41,435 nucleotides of DNA from a virus (lineage: Duplodnaviria; Caudoviricetes): positions 1-41,435 of IMG/VR virus record IMGVR_UViG_3300015050_000991; one strand, written 5' to 3'. The notes beneath the pieces were generated by a model that had not been told where the DNA came from, did no database searches, and saw only the letters and a program-made list of their open reading frames with translations. Shown here in pieces: positions 7,494 to 15,450 of this stretch; positions within the stretch are counted from its first letter, which is position 1, and every line of letters starts with the position of its first letter. The translations under genes and the position numbers were made by a program.

Positions 7494-8025
7494 TTTGGGT
7501 CGTCCCGGAGCTGCCCAGTTGGTCGGCTTCGCCGCCATCGTCGGGCTTGGGTGGGTTCTGGATGGGGGCAATACCGCTGGCGTCGCAGCGTTTGCAGGGC
7601 TTGTATTCGTGACCGGTCTCGCGAGACCAACTGGCAACCCGTTGCCCCGTGCCTTCACAGTCGCAACAATGTCCGGTGTCTCCTTCCCACGCCGCGAGCC
7701 ATGCATTGTGCGCCTCGTGACGGATGGTGACGGCGGCATCAAAAGCGCAGCTGCGCCACGACTTCTTGCCCTTGCGAGGACCGCGCGTGAGGATGCGAGG
7801 AACGCCGCCGGAGACTTTCAATCCCCAATAGTTTGGGTGATTGCCGATCTGTTCCCACGAATAGATCTCCCAATCTGACGGCATGCCAAGAAGCTCTTTG
7901 GCGTGCTGTCCGTGGGTGGCTGGACGCTGGCGAACGGCGCAAGGCACAAGGCGCTCTCGGGTCGCGCTTTCGGGCGCGAAGACGGGCGGTCCTGAGTGAT
8001 CCGGGATGACCTCAAATTCCTTCAT
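7486..8025 (-). CDS. Hypothetical protein with DnaJ-type zinc-finger motifs
   Basis: CCDCEGTG and CKRCDASG; start at MKEFEVIPD. Confidence 0.65.
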   Translation of the reverse strand: MKEFEVIPDHSGPPVFAPESATRERLVPCAVRQRPATHGQHAKELLGMPSDWEIYSWEQIGNHPNYWGLKVSGGVPRILTRGPRKGKKSWRSCAFDAAVTIRHEAHNAWLAAWEGDTGHCCDCEGTGQRVASWSRETGHEYKPCKRCDASGIAPIQNPPKPDDGGEADQLGSSGTTQND

Positions 8026-8375
8026 CGCCCACCCTCCACAAGCGGAGAGGGGGAGAGGAGGGTTTCGATCTTCTGAAGCGAGCCGAGAGGATAGGCGAAG
8101 TGAAGCCCCGACTTGGCGTGTTCGTCGAACGCTTTCACTAGCGTCTCCAGCACCCTTACCCGCTCTGCTAGGGCGTCGCGTTCGGCGGTCCGCTCCTTCA
8201 CAGCCGCTTGCAGCAGATCGGCCCGCTCGGTTTCGTGGGATAGGGCGTCGAGGATGGCGCGTATTGCGCCGGCGTGTTGGCCCGCTATCGTCAGGCCCAC
8301 ATCTTCGGCTGCGGCTTCCCATTCCTCGGCAATGCCGACGAGATGCGCCACGGCCTCTCTGATCTGTTCACTCAT
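8022..8375 (-). CDS. Hypothetical coiled-coil protein (Ead/Ea22-like region)
   Basis: AIRAILDAL..ERDALAERVRVLE; SD AGGAG. Confidence 0.65.
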   Translation of the reverse strand: MSEQIREAVAHLVGIAEEWEAAAEDVGLTIAGQHAGAIRAILDALSHETERADLLQAAVKERTAERDALAERVRVLETLVKAFDEHAKSGLHFAYPLGSLQKIETLLSPSPLVEGGR

Positions 8376-8406
8376 CTCTCATCTCCTGAATGGTTGGCGC
8401 AGGGGG

Positions 8407-9012
8407 TCATGCGGCGAACATGTCCCGCTGAATTGACGCTCGGGTGTCGATCTGACCCCATTGAGAAGCCATCGCCTCGGCAATGCCTGGGAACGTCTTT
8501 GACCGCTCTTTCCAGCGGTCAGGGCTTGGTGGCAGTCGGTGGATGCGTGCTTCGCGGCCTTCCACAATGTCGGTTGGTTTCAGGGGGGGGAGATTCTTCA
8601 GCCAGAGGCACGTCGCCTTGGTTTCCCCATGCCCGTACTGCCACGGCTGGATGGTCTGATCGGGTTTGCGCCAGAGCGACGACATGATGCAGACCGGGTT
8701 CTCAATGGCGATGCGGGGAATGTCGGCCTTCGCCAGAGTCATGAAGAACGACACCGCAGCCTGTTGGCGACCGTCCAGGCGCTTGGCCTCAAAGTGCCGT
8801 GCGCCGCTCACTGAAAGGTGAGTGCATGGCGGGTGAAAGATCGCCAGATCCCAAGGATAGTGGATCACGTCAAACACGCTGCCCTGGTAGTGCGGGCCGG
8901 GAACGTCGGTCGGCAGAAGGTCGCACGACATGGCGTCGTGACCATGCGCCCGGAAGGCGTCGCGGACGGCTCCGCTGTATTCACAACCAATAAGCACGCG
9001 GAGCTTGGTCAT
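8407..9012 (-). CDS. Short phage DNA cytosine-C5 methyltransferase-like protein
   Basis: VLIGCEYSG (motif I-like), HPPCT (catalytic PC), IENP (motif VI), ERSKTFPGIAEAMASQWG. Confidence 0.85.
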   Translation of the reverse strand: MTKLRVLIGCEYSGAVRDAFRAHGHDAMSCDLLPTDVPGPHYQGSVFDVIHYPWDLAIFHPPCTHLSVSGARHFEAKRLDGRQQAAVSFFMTLAKADIPRIAIENPVCIMSSLWRKPDQTIQPWQYGHGETKATCLWLKNLPPLKPTDIVEGREARIHRLPPSPDRWKERSKTFPGIAEAMASQWGQIDTRASIQRDMFAA

Positions 9013-9473
9013 CACTCCCCCCTCTCAACTGCGACAAGGCTCCGCTTGGACGTGCCAAAGGGGCGGGAGGGGATGGTTCGCGGCGTGTCGGACTTCTCGA
9101 ACCCGCGCGACTGTATGGGCCGACCCTTGGCGATCTTCCGCGAGGGCTTGGGTGCGACGATGGGCGGCGGCGTCGGGACCGGCGAGACGATGAAGTGCCC
9201 GCTTTCGATCAGCCAGCGCATCGTTGCCCGGTAGGCGTCGAACCACGTCTCGCGCTTCCACGAACGGTCCTGGCGCCCTTGATCAACCTCCGAATGGCAA
9301 TCGTGGCAGAGGAAGGCGACGCAGGCGTCTGACGCCTTCATGCCCATGCCTTTACCGTCCTCGATTGAGTTGGAATGAGCCGCGACGACCTGGCCAGCGT
9401 TTGCCATCTTGCAGCTCATGCAGTGCGGAGCCTTGGCCGCGAGGCGGAGAAGGGCGGGGTTGCGATAGGTCAT
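9012..9473 (-). CDS. Zn-binding nuclease-like protein (DUF1364/YbcO-like)
   Basis: CMSC..VVAAHSN..GKGMGMKASD..FLCHDCHSEVD. Confidence 0.8.
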   Translation of the reverse strand: MTYRNPALLRLAAKAPHCMSCKMANAGQVVAAHSNSIEDGKGMGMKASDACVAFLCHDCHSEVDQGRQDRSWKRETWFDAYRATMRWLIESGHFIVSPVPTPPPIVAPKPSRKIAKGRPIQSRGFEKSDTPRTIPSRPFGTSKRSLVAVERGE

Positions 9474-9799
9474 CCAACCTTCCCCATCGCTCGCATGTCC
9501 GATTGCTGGGTGCGCCAAGCGTCGATGACGGCGGACGCTGCGTCTCGGCGGTCTCTCTCGCGGTAGTAGTTTTCGGCTACCAGCTTGAAGTCGATCAGCG
9601 CGCGTTCATACTCTGGTGAGCAAAGGGCGGTGGATTGGCGCTCACCTATGGTCTTGCCGTTAGAACCAATCTCAGCGCGGGCCAGCGTCACCTTCAGTTG
9701 CTTCTCGGCAAACTCATAGGCGGCGCGGGCCGTGGCGTGGCTGTTGGACTTCAGAAGGTCGAAGGCGTGTTCGACGTGGCTGTCAGGGATGCGGATCAT
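9470..9799 (-). CDS. Conserved helical phage protein in the recombination cluster
   Basis: ...KTIGERQSTALCSPEY...VIDAWRTQQSDMR; coupled. Confidence 0.7.
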   Translation of the reverse strand: MIRIPDSHVEHAFDLLKSNSHATARAAYEFAEKQLKVTLARAEIGSNGKTIGERQSTALCSPEYERALIDFKLVAENYYRERDRRDAASAVIDAWRTQQSDMRAMGKVG

Positions 9800-10551
9800 C
9801 AGACCACGTTCCGAACTTCTTCGATGGTGAAGCCTGGAATCTGACGCCTGCCCTCGCGAACGGCACGATAGGCGAGCGACAGAAAGAACGCCTCGCACTC
9901 CGCCCGGCGCTCACTCCAAGCCCAGCGGGCGGCGGCGGTTTCATCAACCATCACGGGCTCGTATGAGGTCCGCAGGGTGGTTGCGCGGGCTCCGCCATTG
10001 CCATGCGCCTTGTCGTTCTCGGCACGCTTGGCGAGGGTGTTAGCCTTGCTGGCCTCCTTCTCCAGTTCGGCGGCTTTTTCCTGCGCTTCCAAGTCGGTGG
10101 CATGGGCGGCGCGAGCGGCATCGACGGCGGCTAGCAGCTTGGCCTCCGCAACGGCGCGGGCTTCCTCCGCAATGCGCTGCTTTTCGGCTTCCTGCGCCAT
10201 CAGGAACGGCGCCAGAGCTTGCTTGCAGATCGTGACAACGCGGTCGGCGCTCTCAATGAGCGGCTTGAACTTGGCTTGAACGGCCTTCCCGGCTTCATCG
10301 TGCGGACGCTTCTCGTCGGCGCGGGCGGCGTCTGCGGCCTTGGAGGCTTTGCGGCCTTCATCCATCAGCTTTGACACCGCGTCGGCTTCAGCCTGGGTAG
10401 TGACGCCAGAGCCGTCCAGAAAGCCCTTGGCCGTCTCAACGAGGTCTTGAACGTGAACCTGTATGGCGTCGAACGGCGTGGGCTCGGGCGGGTAGTTCGC
10501 GCCAATGCCCAGACGGTCCATTTCGGCGGCGATTTCAGCTAGAGCGCCCAT
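9799..10551 (-). CDS. Coiled-coil phage protein next to the recombinase
   Basis: 250-aa Ala/Glu-rich helical ORF ending RQIPGFTIEE. Confidence 0.75.
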   Translation of the reverse strand: MGALAEIAAEMDRLGIGANYPPEPTPFDAIQVHVQDLVETAKGFLDGSGVTTQAEADAVSKLMDEGRKASKAADAARADEKRPHDEAGKAVQAKFKPLIESADRVVTICKQALAPFLMAQEAEKQRIAEEARAVAEAKLLAAVDAARAAHATDLEAQEKAAELEKEASKANTLAKRAENDKAHGNGGARATTLRTSYEPVMVDETAAARWAWSERRAECEAFFLSLAYRAVREGRRQIPGFTIEEVRNVV

Positions 10552-11198
10552 TATGCGGCCTCCTGCTGAGTGAATGGATCAGCGGTAACGCCAAGGGTGA
10601 TTTTAAGGCTGTCCTTGACCTTCTCGACGAAGGCGAAATCCGCGTCGGACAGCACGCCGCGCCAGCCCTTGTAGTTAGCCGCCCAGATCGCTTTCATTTC
10701 GTCCAGATCGCGGCTGGCCTGAAGCATCTTCACGGCAAGATCGCGCGCCCTGGTGTCAGCTTCCACAACCACGTTGGCTTGCGTCTTGTCGTAGAGGGCC
10801 AGACCGAACGGATTGCCGAAGGTCATAAGCGCCCGCTTCATGGCGTCGCTCTCGGCTTCCTTCAGGGCGCTTTCGTGGGCTTGGTCGGAATCCTTGTCGA
10901 TCCCGGAGCCGAAGCCGCAACCTTCCCGGATGATGCTTTGACCATCGGCGCGGACGGTGATCCGAACGCGGGCGCTGTAGCCAACGCGGGCCTTGTCGCC
11001 AACCATGCGGACATCGCCAAGCTGGCGCAGTTCGACGGTTTCACGGTCCCAGCCATCAAAGCCGAAAATGCGGTTGGCCTCGGCAATGGCGTGCCACGCT
11101 TCGACGTAAGACAGTTCCCGCCCGGCTTGCGAGCGCGTCTTGACGTTGGCCTTGTTCAACGGCGCATCAAGCGCGGCGATCTGGTCGGGCTTAAACAT
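10551..11198 (-). CDS. Rad52/Rad22-family single-strand annealing protein (Sak)
   Basis: LSYVEAWHAIAEANRIFGFDGW; REGCGFG; AHESALKEAESDAMKRALMTFGNPFGLALYDK. Confidence 0.93.
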   Translation of the reverse strand: MFKPDQIAALDAPLNKANVKTRSQAGRELSYVEAWHAIAEANRIFGFDGWDRETVELRQLGDVRMVGDKARVGYSARVRITVRADGQSIIREGCGFGSGIDKDSDQAHESALKEAESDAMKRALMTFGNPFGLALYDKTQANVVVEADTRARDLAVKMLQASRDLDEMKAIWAANYKGWRGVLSDADFAFVEKVKDSLKITLGVTADPFTQQEAA

Positions 11199-11352
11199 GG
11201 GCTAATTCCTTGATCTTTCTCGCCAGCTTCTCGGCCTCACTACGGAGGCGGTCAGCTTCGGCGCGGTGTTGGTGTTCGGCGGCGGTGTCGGCCTGCATCC
11301 GCAGGGTGTCGGCCACGTACCGTTTGAAGTCGGCGGACACTTCGGGGCTCAT
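11191..11352 (-). CDS. Hypothetical protein (53 aa)
   Basis: MSPEVSADFKRYV...; coupled. Confidence 0.6.
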   Translation of the reverse strand: MSPEVSADFKRYVADTLRMQADTAAEHQHRAEADRLRSEAEKLARKIKELAHV

Positions 11353-11537
11353 TGCAGACCCTCGGGGTCGGCCCTGTGAAGCTCGCGAAACTCGGTGATC
11401 GTAATCACTTCGCGAACGGTCAACGGGCCACGCCGGGAGCACTCGCTGTCGGCGAAAACCTCGGCCAGAACCGGCGTCGCAAACGTGCTGGCGACGGCTC
11501 CACGGTCTGTCACGACTTCATAGGTGATCGAGTGCAT
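11349..11537 (-). CDS. Hypothetical protein
   Basis: SD AGGAGG; coupled. Confidence 0.6.
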   Translation of the reverse strand: MHSITYEVVTDRGAVASTFATPVLAEVFADSECSRRGPLTVREVITITEFRELHRADPEGLQ

Positions 11538-11749
11538 CACGCGGCCTCCTGGCGTTGTTCCCGCGCGTCACTCAGAGCGGCGCGGAGTTGGTTTGCGATG
11601 GCCCATGCGGCGTCTGCCTGTGATGTCGGGGCGTCGCGGTGAAGGGCTAGGCTGACGAGGTGTTGCCGAACCACGATGGCGCGGTACTCGGGGACCGGAC
11701 GTCCGTCGAACACGACACGGCCATCCTGAGCGGTGAACAGCGGGCTCAT
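11537..11749 (-). CDS. Hypothetical protein
   Basis: MSPLFTAQDGRVVFDG...QEAA; coupled. Confidence 0.6.
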   Translation of the reverse strand: MSPLFTAQDGRVVFDGRPVPEYRAIVVRQHLVSLALHRDAPTSQADAAWAIANQLRAALSDAREQRQEAA

Positions 11750-11841
11750 GCGAACGCTCCAATTATGATGGTCAGGGCGGCTAGACCGGCGACGAGCGCG
11801 GTGAAGCCAACTGAGAGACGGGCGAGGGCGGGGAGGGTCAT
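11746..11841 (-). CDS. 31-aa single-TM peptide
   Basis: MTLPALARLSVGFTALVAGLAALTIIIGAFA; SD GGAGG; ATGA overlaps on both sides. Confidence 0.55.
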   Translation of the reverse strand: MTLPALARLSVGFTALVAGLAALTIIIGAFA

Positions 11842-11999
11842 TTGGAGGCCTCCAGAACGCGCCGTGCGCCAATGATGAAGTTCGCCGCCGACAGCGCGAC
11901 AAAGGTTATGGCCCACGCCACGTCACCCCGAAGGGCCGCATCAAGGGCGTTGCACGCGCAGAACCCGCTGACGAAAAGTCCAAAGAAGGCAGCGGTCAT
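11838..11999 (-). CDS. 53-aa small membrane protein
   Basis: MTAAFFGLFVSGFCACNALDAALRGDVAWAITFVALSAANFIIGARRVLEASK; coupled. Confidence 0.55.
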   Translation of the reverse strand: MTAAFFGLFVSGFCACNALDAALRGDVAWAITFVALSAANFIIGARRVLEASK

Positions 12000-12196
12000 T
12001 GACCGAACACCCGCGAGAGGACATCAGCCGTGGCGATTTCAGCCGTCCGAAGCGCCGCCCATGCGGTGTCAGCGGATCGGTAATCACCAACCGTCTCGCC
12101 CCCTGCAAACGAGAGGCGCGCACCGTCCAGAGAGGGGGAAACCTCAAGGCGGACATAGCGGCGTTGGGCGGCTAGGGAGGTGTCAGAGCGGGTCAT
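11996..12196 (-). CDS. Hypothetical protein
   Basis: Coupled 66-aa ORF. Confidence 0.55.
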   Translation of the reverse strand: MTRSDTSLAAQRRYVRLEVSPSLDGARLSFAGGETVGDYRSADTAWAALRTAEIATADVLSRVFGQ

Positions 12197-12519
12197 GCTT
12201 CACCCGTTGCGCTGGTAATGGCGGAGCGGGCGGCGATATCAACCAGAAGCGCCAGAACCTCGGCAGGCGACTGATAGCCCGCTACGCTGTCGCCGTCGTT
12301 CAGGGTGATCATCTCACCGCCATTCGGCCACGCCGCTACCTCTGCCGTCATGGACGGAGGAAGCGGGCCTTCAGCGCGGTACGGGCGGTCATAGTTGCCG
12401 CAGTAGTTGCCCGCCCCGATCTGGACACTCACGGTCCAACCGTTGGCGAAAGTGATGTGAAAGCCCTTGCCGTCCGTAATGGCAAAGCCGGGCTCCTTGA
12501 GGGACATCTTCCGGCTCAT
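12193..12519 (-). CDS. Hypothetical phage protein
   Basis: GFHITFANGWTVSVQIGAGNYC..AEVAAW; protein-like composition; coupled. Confidence 0.75.
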   Translation of the reverse strand: MSRKMSLKEPGFAITDGKGFHITFANGWTVSVQIGAGNYCGNYDRPYRAEGPLPPSMTAEVAAWPNGGEMITLNDGDSVAGYQSPAEVLALLVDIAARSAITSATGEA

Positions 12520-12791
12520 GCCGCCCGCTCCATGGCCAGCGTTGCCAGATCGGCCTCAAGGTCAGCCGCTATCTCCGCCGCGTTGCGCGTCCTGCAACCC
12601 CAGCTTTCGCGAACCAGCTTGACGCCGCGAGCTTCCAGACTGTCGGCCAGATAGTTGACCGTATCGGCGGGGCTGTAGATCGCGCCCAGAGCCGAGCTGT
12701 AGCCGCGAGCCTTGGTGATGTCGGGAACCTTCGGCGCGCGGTGCTCGATTGCGGCGAGGTCGGCTTCTAGGTCTTGCATGGCGGTGGCCAT
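12516..12791 (-). CDS. First gene of the leftward early operon, hypothetical
   Basis: SD AAGGAG before MATAMQDLEAD; directly downstream of OL/PL. Confidence 0.7.
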   Translation of the reverse strand: MATAMQDLEADLAAIEHRAPKVPDITKARGYSSALGAIYSPADTVNYLADSLEARGVKLVRESWGCRTRNAAEIAADLEADLATLAMERAA

Positions 12792-12819
12792 GTGGCTGCT
12801 CCTTGGTGACAAGGAGAAG

Positions 12820-12868
12820 TTCGCACATAGCGAAGTTACCAGCAATGAAAATCTTCGCTGTCTGCGAA
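12820..12868 (-). promoter_or_regulatory. OL/PL: two repressor operators, TTCGC-N5-GCGAA
   Basis: TTCGCACATAGCGAA (12820-12834) and TTCGCTGTCTGCGAA (12854-12868), with TTGCTG (-35-like) between them on the minus strand. Confidence 0.85.
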
Positions 12869-12869
12869 G

Positions 12870-13934
12870 TTATTTTGCCGTCGCCTCGCGGACGGCCGAC
12901 TCAATCTCACTCAAAGCCGCATCCCACGACCCATCTGGAGCGCTCCAGAATAGCCGGGCGGTCTGGTGCCATGGCGTCGAGACGGAGCCTCGCGCACCCC
13001 ATCGCCAGTCGGTTTTGACGTATGGAAGGAGAACCCAGACGGGTTTGCCAAGCGCTCCGGCTAGATGCGCGGCGGCGGTGTCAACGGTGATGATCAGATC
13101 AAGCTTGCTGATCAGCGCTGCCAAATCGCTAAGGCTACGCCCCTCGCGCTGCGCCAGGTCGTGAACATTGGTCGCCACAGAGTGCAGGCGATTAGCTTCA
13201 GCAGCTCGCAAAGACCGCGCTCTATCGTTGGAGTGAGCCGGGTTGCCGCTTGTGACTACGCCGACGTGAAACCCCGGACCCAGATCAGGGCCCTCTGGCG
13301 CCACTAGGTAAGGATCGCTTACCACCTGATCACCTTCGAGACCCATCAGGCCGGGAAGGCCCATAACCGTGGTCCAATAGTCGGGCTTTGGAAAGCTTGC
13401 CGCTCCAGCGGCGGGGACGATGCGAACGCCAAGGCCGGTGAATAGGTCGGCCAAAGGCGGGCTGCAAAGCAACGTCACGTCGGCGCCCATGGCCTGAAGC
13501 CGGGGTGCAAACCGCGCCATCATAATCTGATCGCCAAGCCCTTGTTCGGGGAAGATCAGCAGACGCTTGCCGTCGAGAGGCTCGCCAGTCCAGCGCGGCT
13601 GCGGATAGGGAACGCGCGGAACCTTCAATTGTGGAAGGTCGTGGCGGCTTTCCAGATAGGGTTGCGCCTCACGGTAACGCCCGAGCGCCAGCAGGACCTG
13701 ACTTAGGCCGTAGCGCGGGGCAGGAGATTTGGGAGCAGCTTGCGCAGCGATCCGGAAATGAACTTCTGCATCATCCATCCGACCCGTCGATGAAAGCGCG
13801 TTGGCGAGGCTGTAATGGGCCATAGCGGATGACGGGTCGCGGTCCAGGATCTCGCGGTAAATCGTCTCAGCGTCTAGCCATCGGCCGGAGAGCTGCGCAG
13901 CCGCGCCAGCCGAAAACTGATCTGCAATATCCAT
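12870..13934 (-). CDS. TPR-containing glycosyltransferase (GT-B, GT9-like; FlmG/FlbA-like architecture)
   Basis: N-terminal TPRs (AETIYREIL..AHYSLANAL..GRMDDAE), W.GEPLDGKRLLIFPEQGLGDQIMMARF, DLIITVDTAAAHLAGALGKPVWVLLP..DWRW. Confidence 0.88.
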   Translation of the reverse strand: MDIADQFSAGAAAQLSGRWLDAETIYREILDRDPSSAMAHYSLANALSSTGRMDDAEVHFRIAAQAAPKSPAPRYGLSQVLLALGRYREAQPYLESRHDLPQLKVPRVPYPQPRWTGEPLDGKRLLIFPEQGLGDQIMMARFAPRLQAMGADVTLLCSPPLADLFTGLGVRIVPAAGAASFPKPDYWTTVMGLPGLMGLEGDQVVSDPYLVAPEGPDLGPGFHVGVVTSGNPAHSNDRARSLRAAEANRLHSVATNVHDLAQREGRSLSDLAALISKLDLIITVDTAAAHLAGALGKPVWVLLPYVKTDWRWGARGSVSTPWHQTARLFWSAPDGSWDAALSEIESAVREATAK

Positions 13935-13942
13935 GAACCTAG

Positions 13943-14251
13943 TTAGGCGGACTTTTTGAAGGTCTGGGCAATCTCTGTAACCTGCTTACGGGCGGGCGCG
14001 TCAAGCTGTTCCCAAATTGACCAAATTGCCTCGGGGCCGGTTGGATCTCTAACAAAAAGGTCGGGAACGTCACAGCGAAGGGCGACCGCAAACGCCTCCA
14101 AATGGTCCTGATTATATCGGCGCTTTCCGCTTTCGATGTCGCTGTAATAGCCGGGGGCCATACCGATCATCTCAGCCATGCGCTCCTGCGTGTAGCCGCG
14201 ATACTTGCGCCACTGCTTAAGGAACCATCGAGGAGGGGGTGACTTCGCCAT
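13943..14251 (-). CDS. CI-like repressor (XRE HTH, no peptidase domain)
   Basis: LKQWRKYRGYTQERMAEMIGMAPGYYSDIESGKR; divergent from cro, with operators between them. Confidence 0.88.
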   Translation of the reverse strand: MAKSPPPRWFLKQWRKYRGYTQERMAEMIGMAPGYYSDIESGKRRYNQDHLEAFAVALRCDVPDLFVRDPTGPEAIWSIWEQLDAPARKQVTEIAQTFKKSA

Positions 14252-14353
14252 GTGCGGAGTTTGCACCCGCGAGAAATCGAACGCCTCACGCACATAGCGA
14301 AAACTTTCGATTGCGCCGAACTTCGCTATGTGCGAAGTTTTGGACATGGCGAA
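14244..14353. promoter_or_regulatory. OR/PR/PRM: operator cluster
   Basis: TTCGCCATGTGCGGA (14244), CACGCACATAGCGAA (14287), TTCGCTATGTGCGAA (14322), TTTGGACATGGCGAA (14339). AACTTCGCTATGTGCGAA is shared exactly with OL. Confidence 0.85.
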
Positions 14354-14540
14354 ACCAACCTTTCTCAATGAACCGGCCACGCTGACCAAGGCGCTTGTCG
14401 AAAAAGCAAAGCTGTCAGCGAGCTATGCCAGCGAACTTGCGCGAGGCGTGCGCGAACCCTCCCTGAAGCTTGCAACACGCCTTGAGCGTGAGCTGAAGAT
14501 CCCCTGCCGGTTCTGGTTTGAGCGGAAAGAAGCCGCCTAA
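14346..14540 (+). CDS. Cro-like HTH protein
   Basis: KLSASYASELARGVREPSLKLATRLE; divergent from cI. Confidence 0.85.
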   Translation: MAKPTFLNEPATLTKALVEKAKLSASYASELARGVREPSLKLATRLERELKIPCRFWFERKEAA

Positions 14541-14545
14541 ATGAC

Positions 14546-14788
14546 CTACGCCAACGGCCCCTTGCAACGCGACGTGCAGAGCGCGCACCTCAGCCTCAGG
14601 ATGGTTCGCGCCTCCGCTGCTGTTGCTGTGACCTGCTCGCCTAGCGATGGGACGAGGTGGTCTTCGGCATCGGCGAAAGCCCGATCCATGGTCCGCATGA
14701 CCTTGCGGCATTTGTTCCCCGGCCCCGGAAGCACCGCCCCAGCCAGCGTTTGGAACATCCAGAACACGTTTCGCCTGTACTCGACCAT
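14546..14788 (-). CDS. Hypothetical antisense gene downstream of cro
   Basis: MVEYRRNVFWMFQTLAG...CALCTSRCKGPLA; more protein-like than the overlapping plus-strand ORF. Confidence 0.4.
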   Translation of the reverse strand: MVEYRRNVFWMFQTLAGAVLPGPGNKCRKVMRTMDRAFADAEDHLVPSLGEQVTATAAEARTILRLRCALCTSRCKGPLA

Positions 14789-14942
14789 TGACGCCACCAC
14801 TCACGCTGCACTGCGTCGAGTTGGCGTCTCTACGTTGCAAGGCGCAATGGCAGGGCTTGCGCTGGTTGTACCCGTATTGGGTTTGAGTCCCTACGGGCGA
14901 GTGGTGCGCCTGTGACGACCCTTGCGCGAAATTTCCCCCATC

Positions 14943-15212
14943 CCGGCGCCGCTTCCCCCGTGCGGCTGTCGGTGGCGTGTGTCTCCCCACACACGCCCGG
15001 CCCGATGCTGACGCTGATCTCCACGGCTGTCGCATCGGGCCACTCCCCACGCCGTCCCGGAACTTTCTGCAGTGGACAGCCGACCGCCTCTGAAATGCTT
15101 GCGCAGATGGATTCACAACCCGGCCGGGATCAACGGCATCAATCTCCGGGTCATGCGCTTGAAGGTCGGCACCCCAACGCGAAAAGCGGGGAGGGCTGCA
15201 ACCCGTCCCCGC
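14943..15212 (+). ncRNA. Candidate structured RNA: hairpins with C-rich (anti-SD) loops
   Basis: Three adjacent stems with loops TTCCCCCGT, CTCCCC and ATCTCCA, then a GCCGACC/GGTCGGC-closed domain and a GCGGGGA/TCCCCGC hairpin. Confidence 0.5.
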
Positions 15213-15235
15213 CTGATTTCCGTTCGTCATCATCG

Positions 15236-15406
15236 CTACTCTGCGTAATCAAGTCCGCGCCCGATAAGCGCTTCAGCCTCAAGCCTCATCGTCTCAGCGA
15301 CACGCCGCAGGCCTCGACAGCCCTCCGCGTCCGCCTGCCGGTCGTTCTCGACGGCCCGGCAAATCAGAACCAGCACAGCGCAAAAATCCGCATCGGCCGG
15401 TTCCAT
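15236..15406 (-). CDS. Hypothetical antisense gene (56 aa)
   Basis: MEPADADFCAVLVLICRAVENDRQADAEGCRGLRRVAETMRLEAEALIGRGLDYAE; GAGG upstream. Confidence 0.45.
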   Translation of the reverse strand: MEPADADFCAVLVLICRAVENDRQADAEGCRGLRRVAETMRLEAEALIGRGLDYAE

Positions 15407-15450
15407 GTCGTCTCGTCCTCAACACCCCACGCACCGGAGGCATCCACAAG

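Noticed and set aside
11842-12654. Long plus-strand ORF, and similar long antisense ORFs (27529-28785, 25439-26128, 35981-36829)
   Set aside because: Antisense shadows of well-supported coupled genes in GC-rich DNA.
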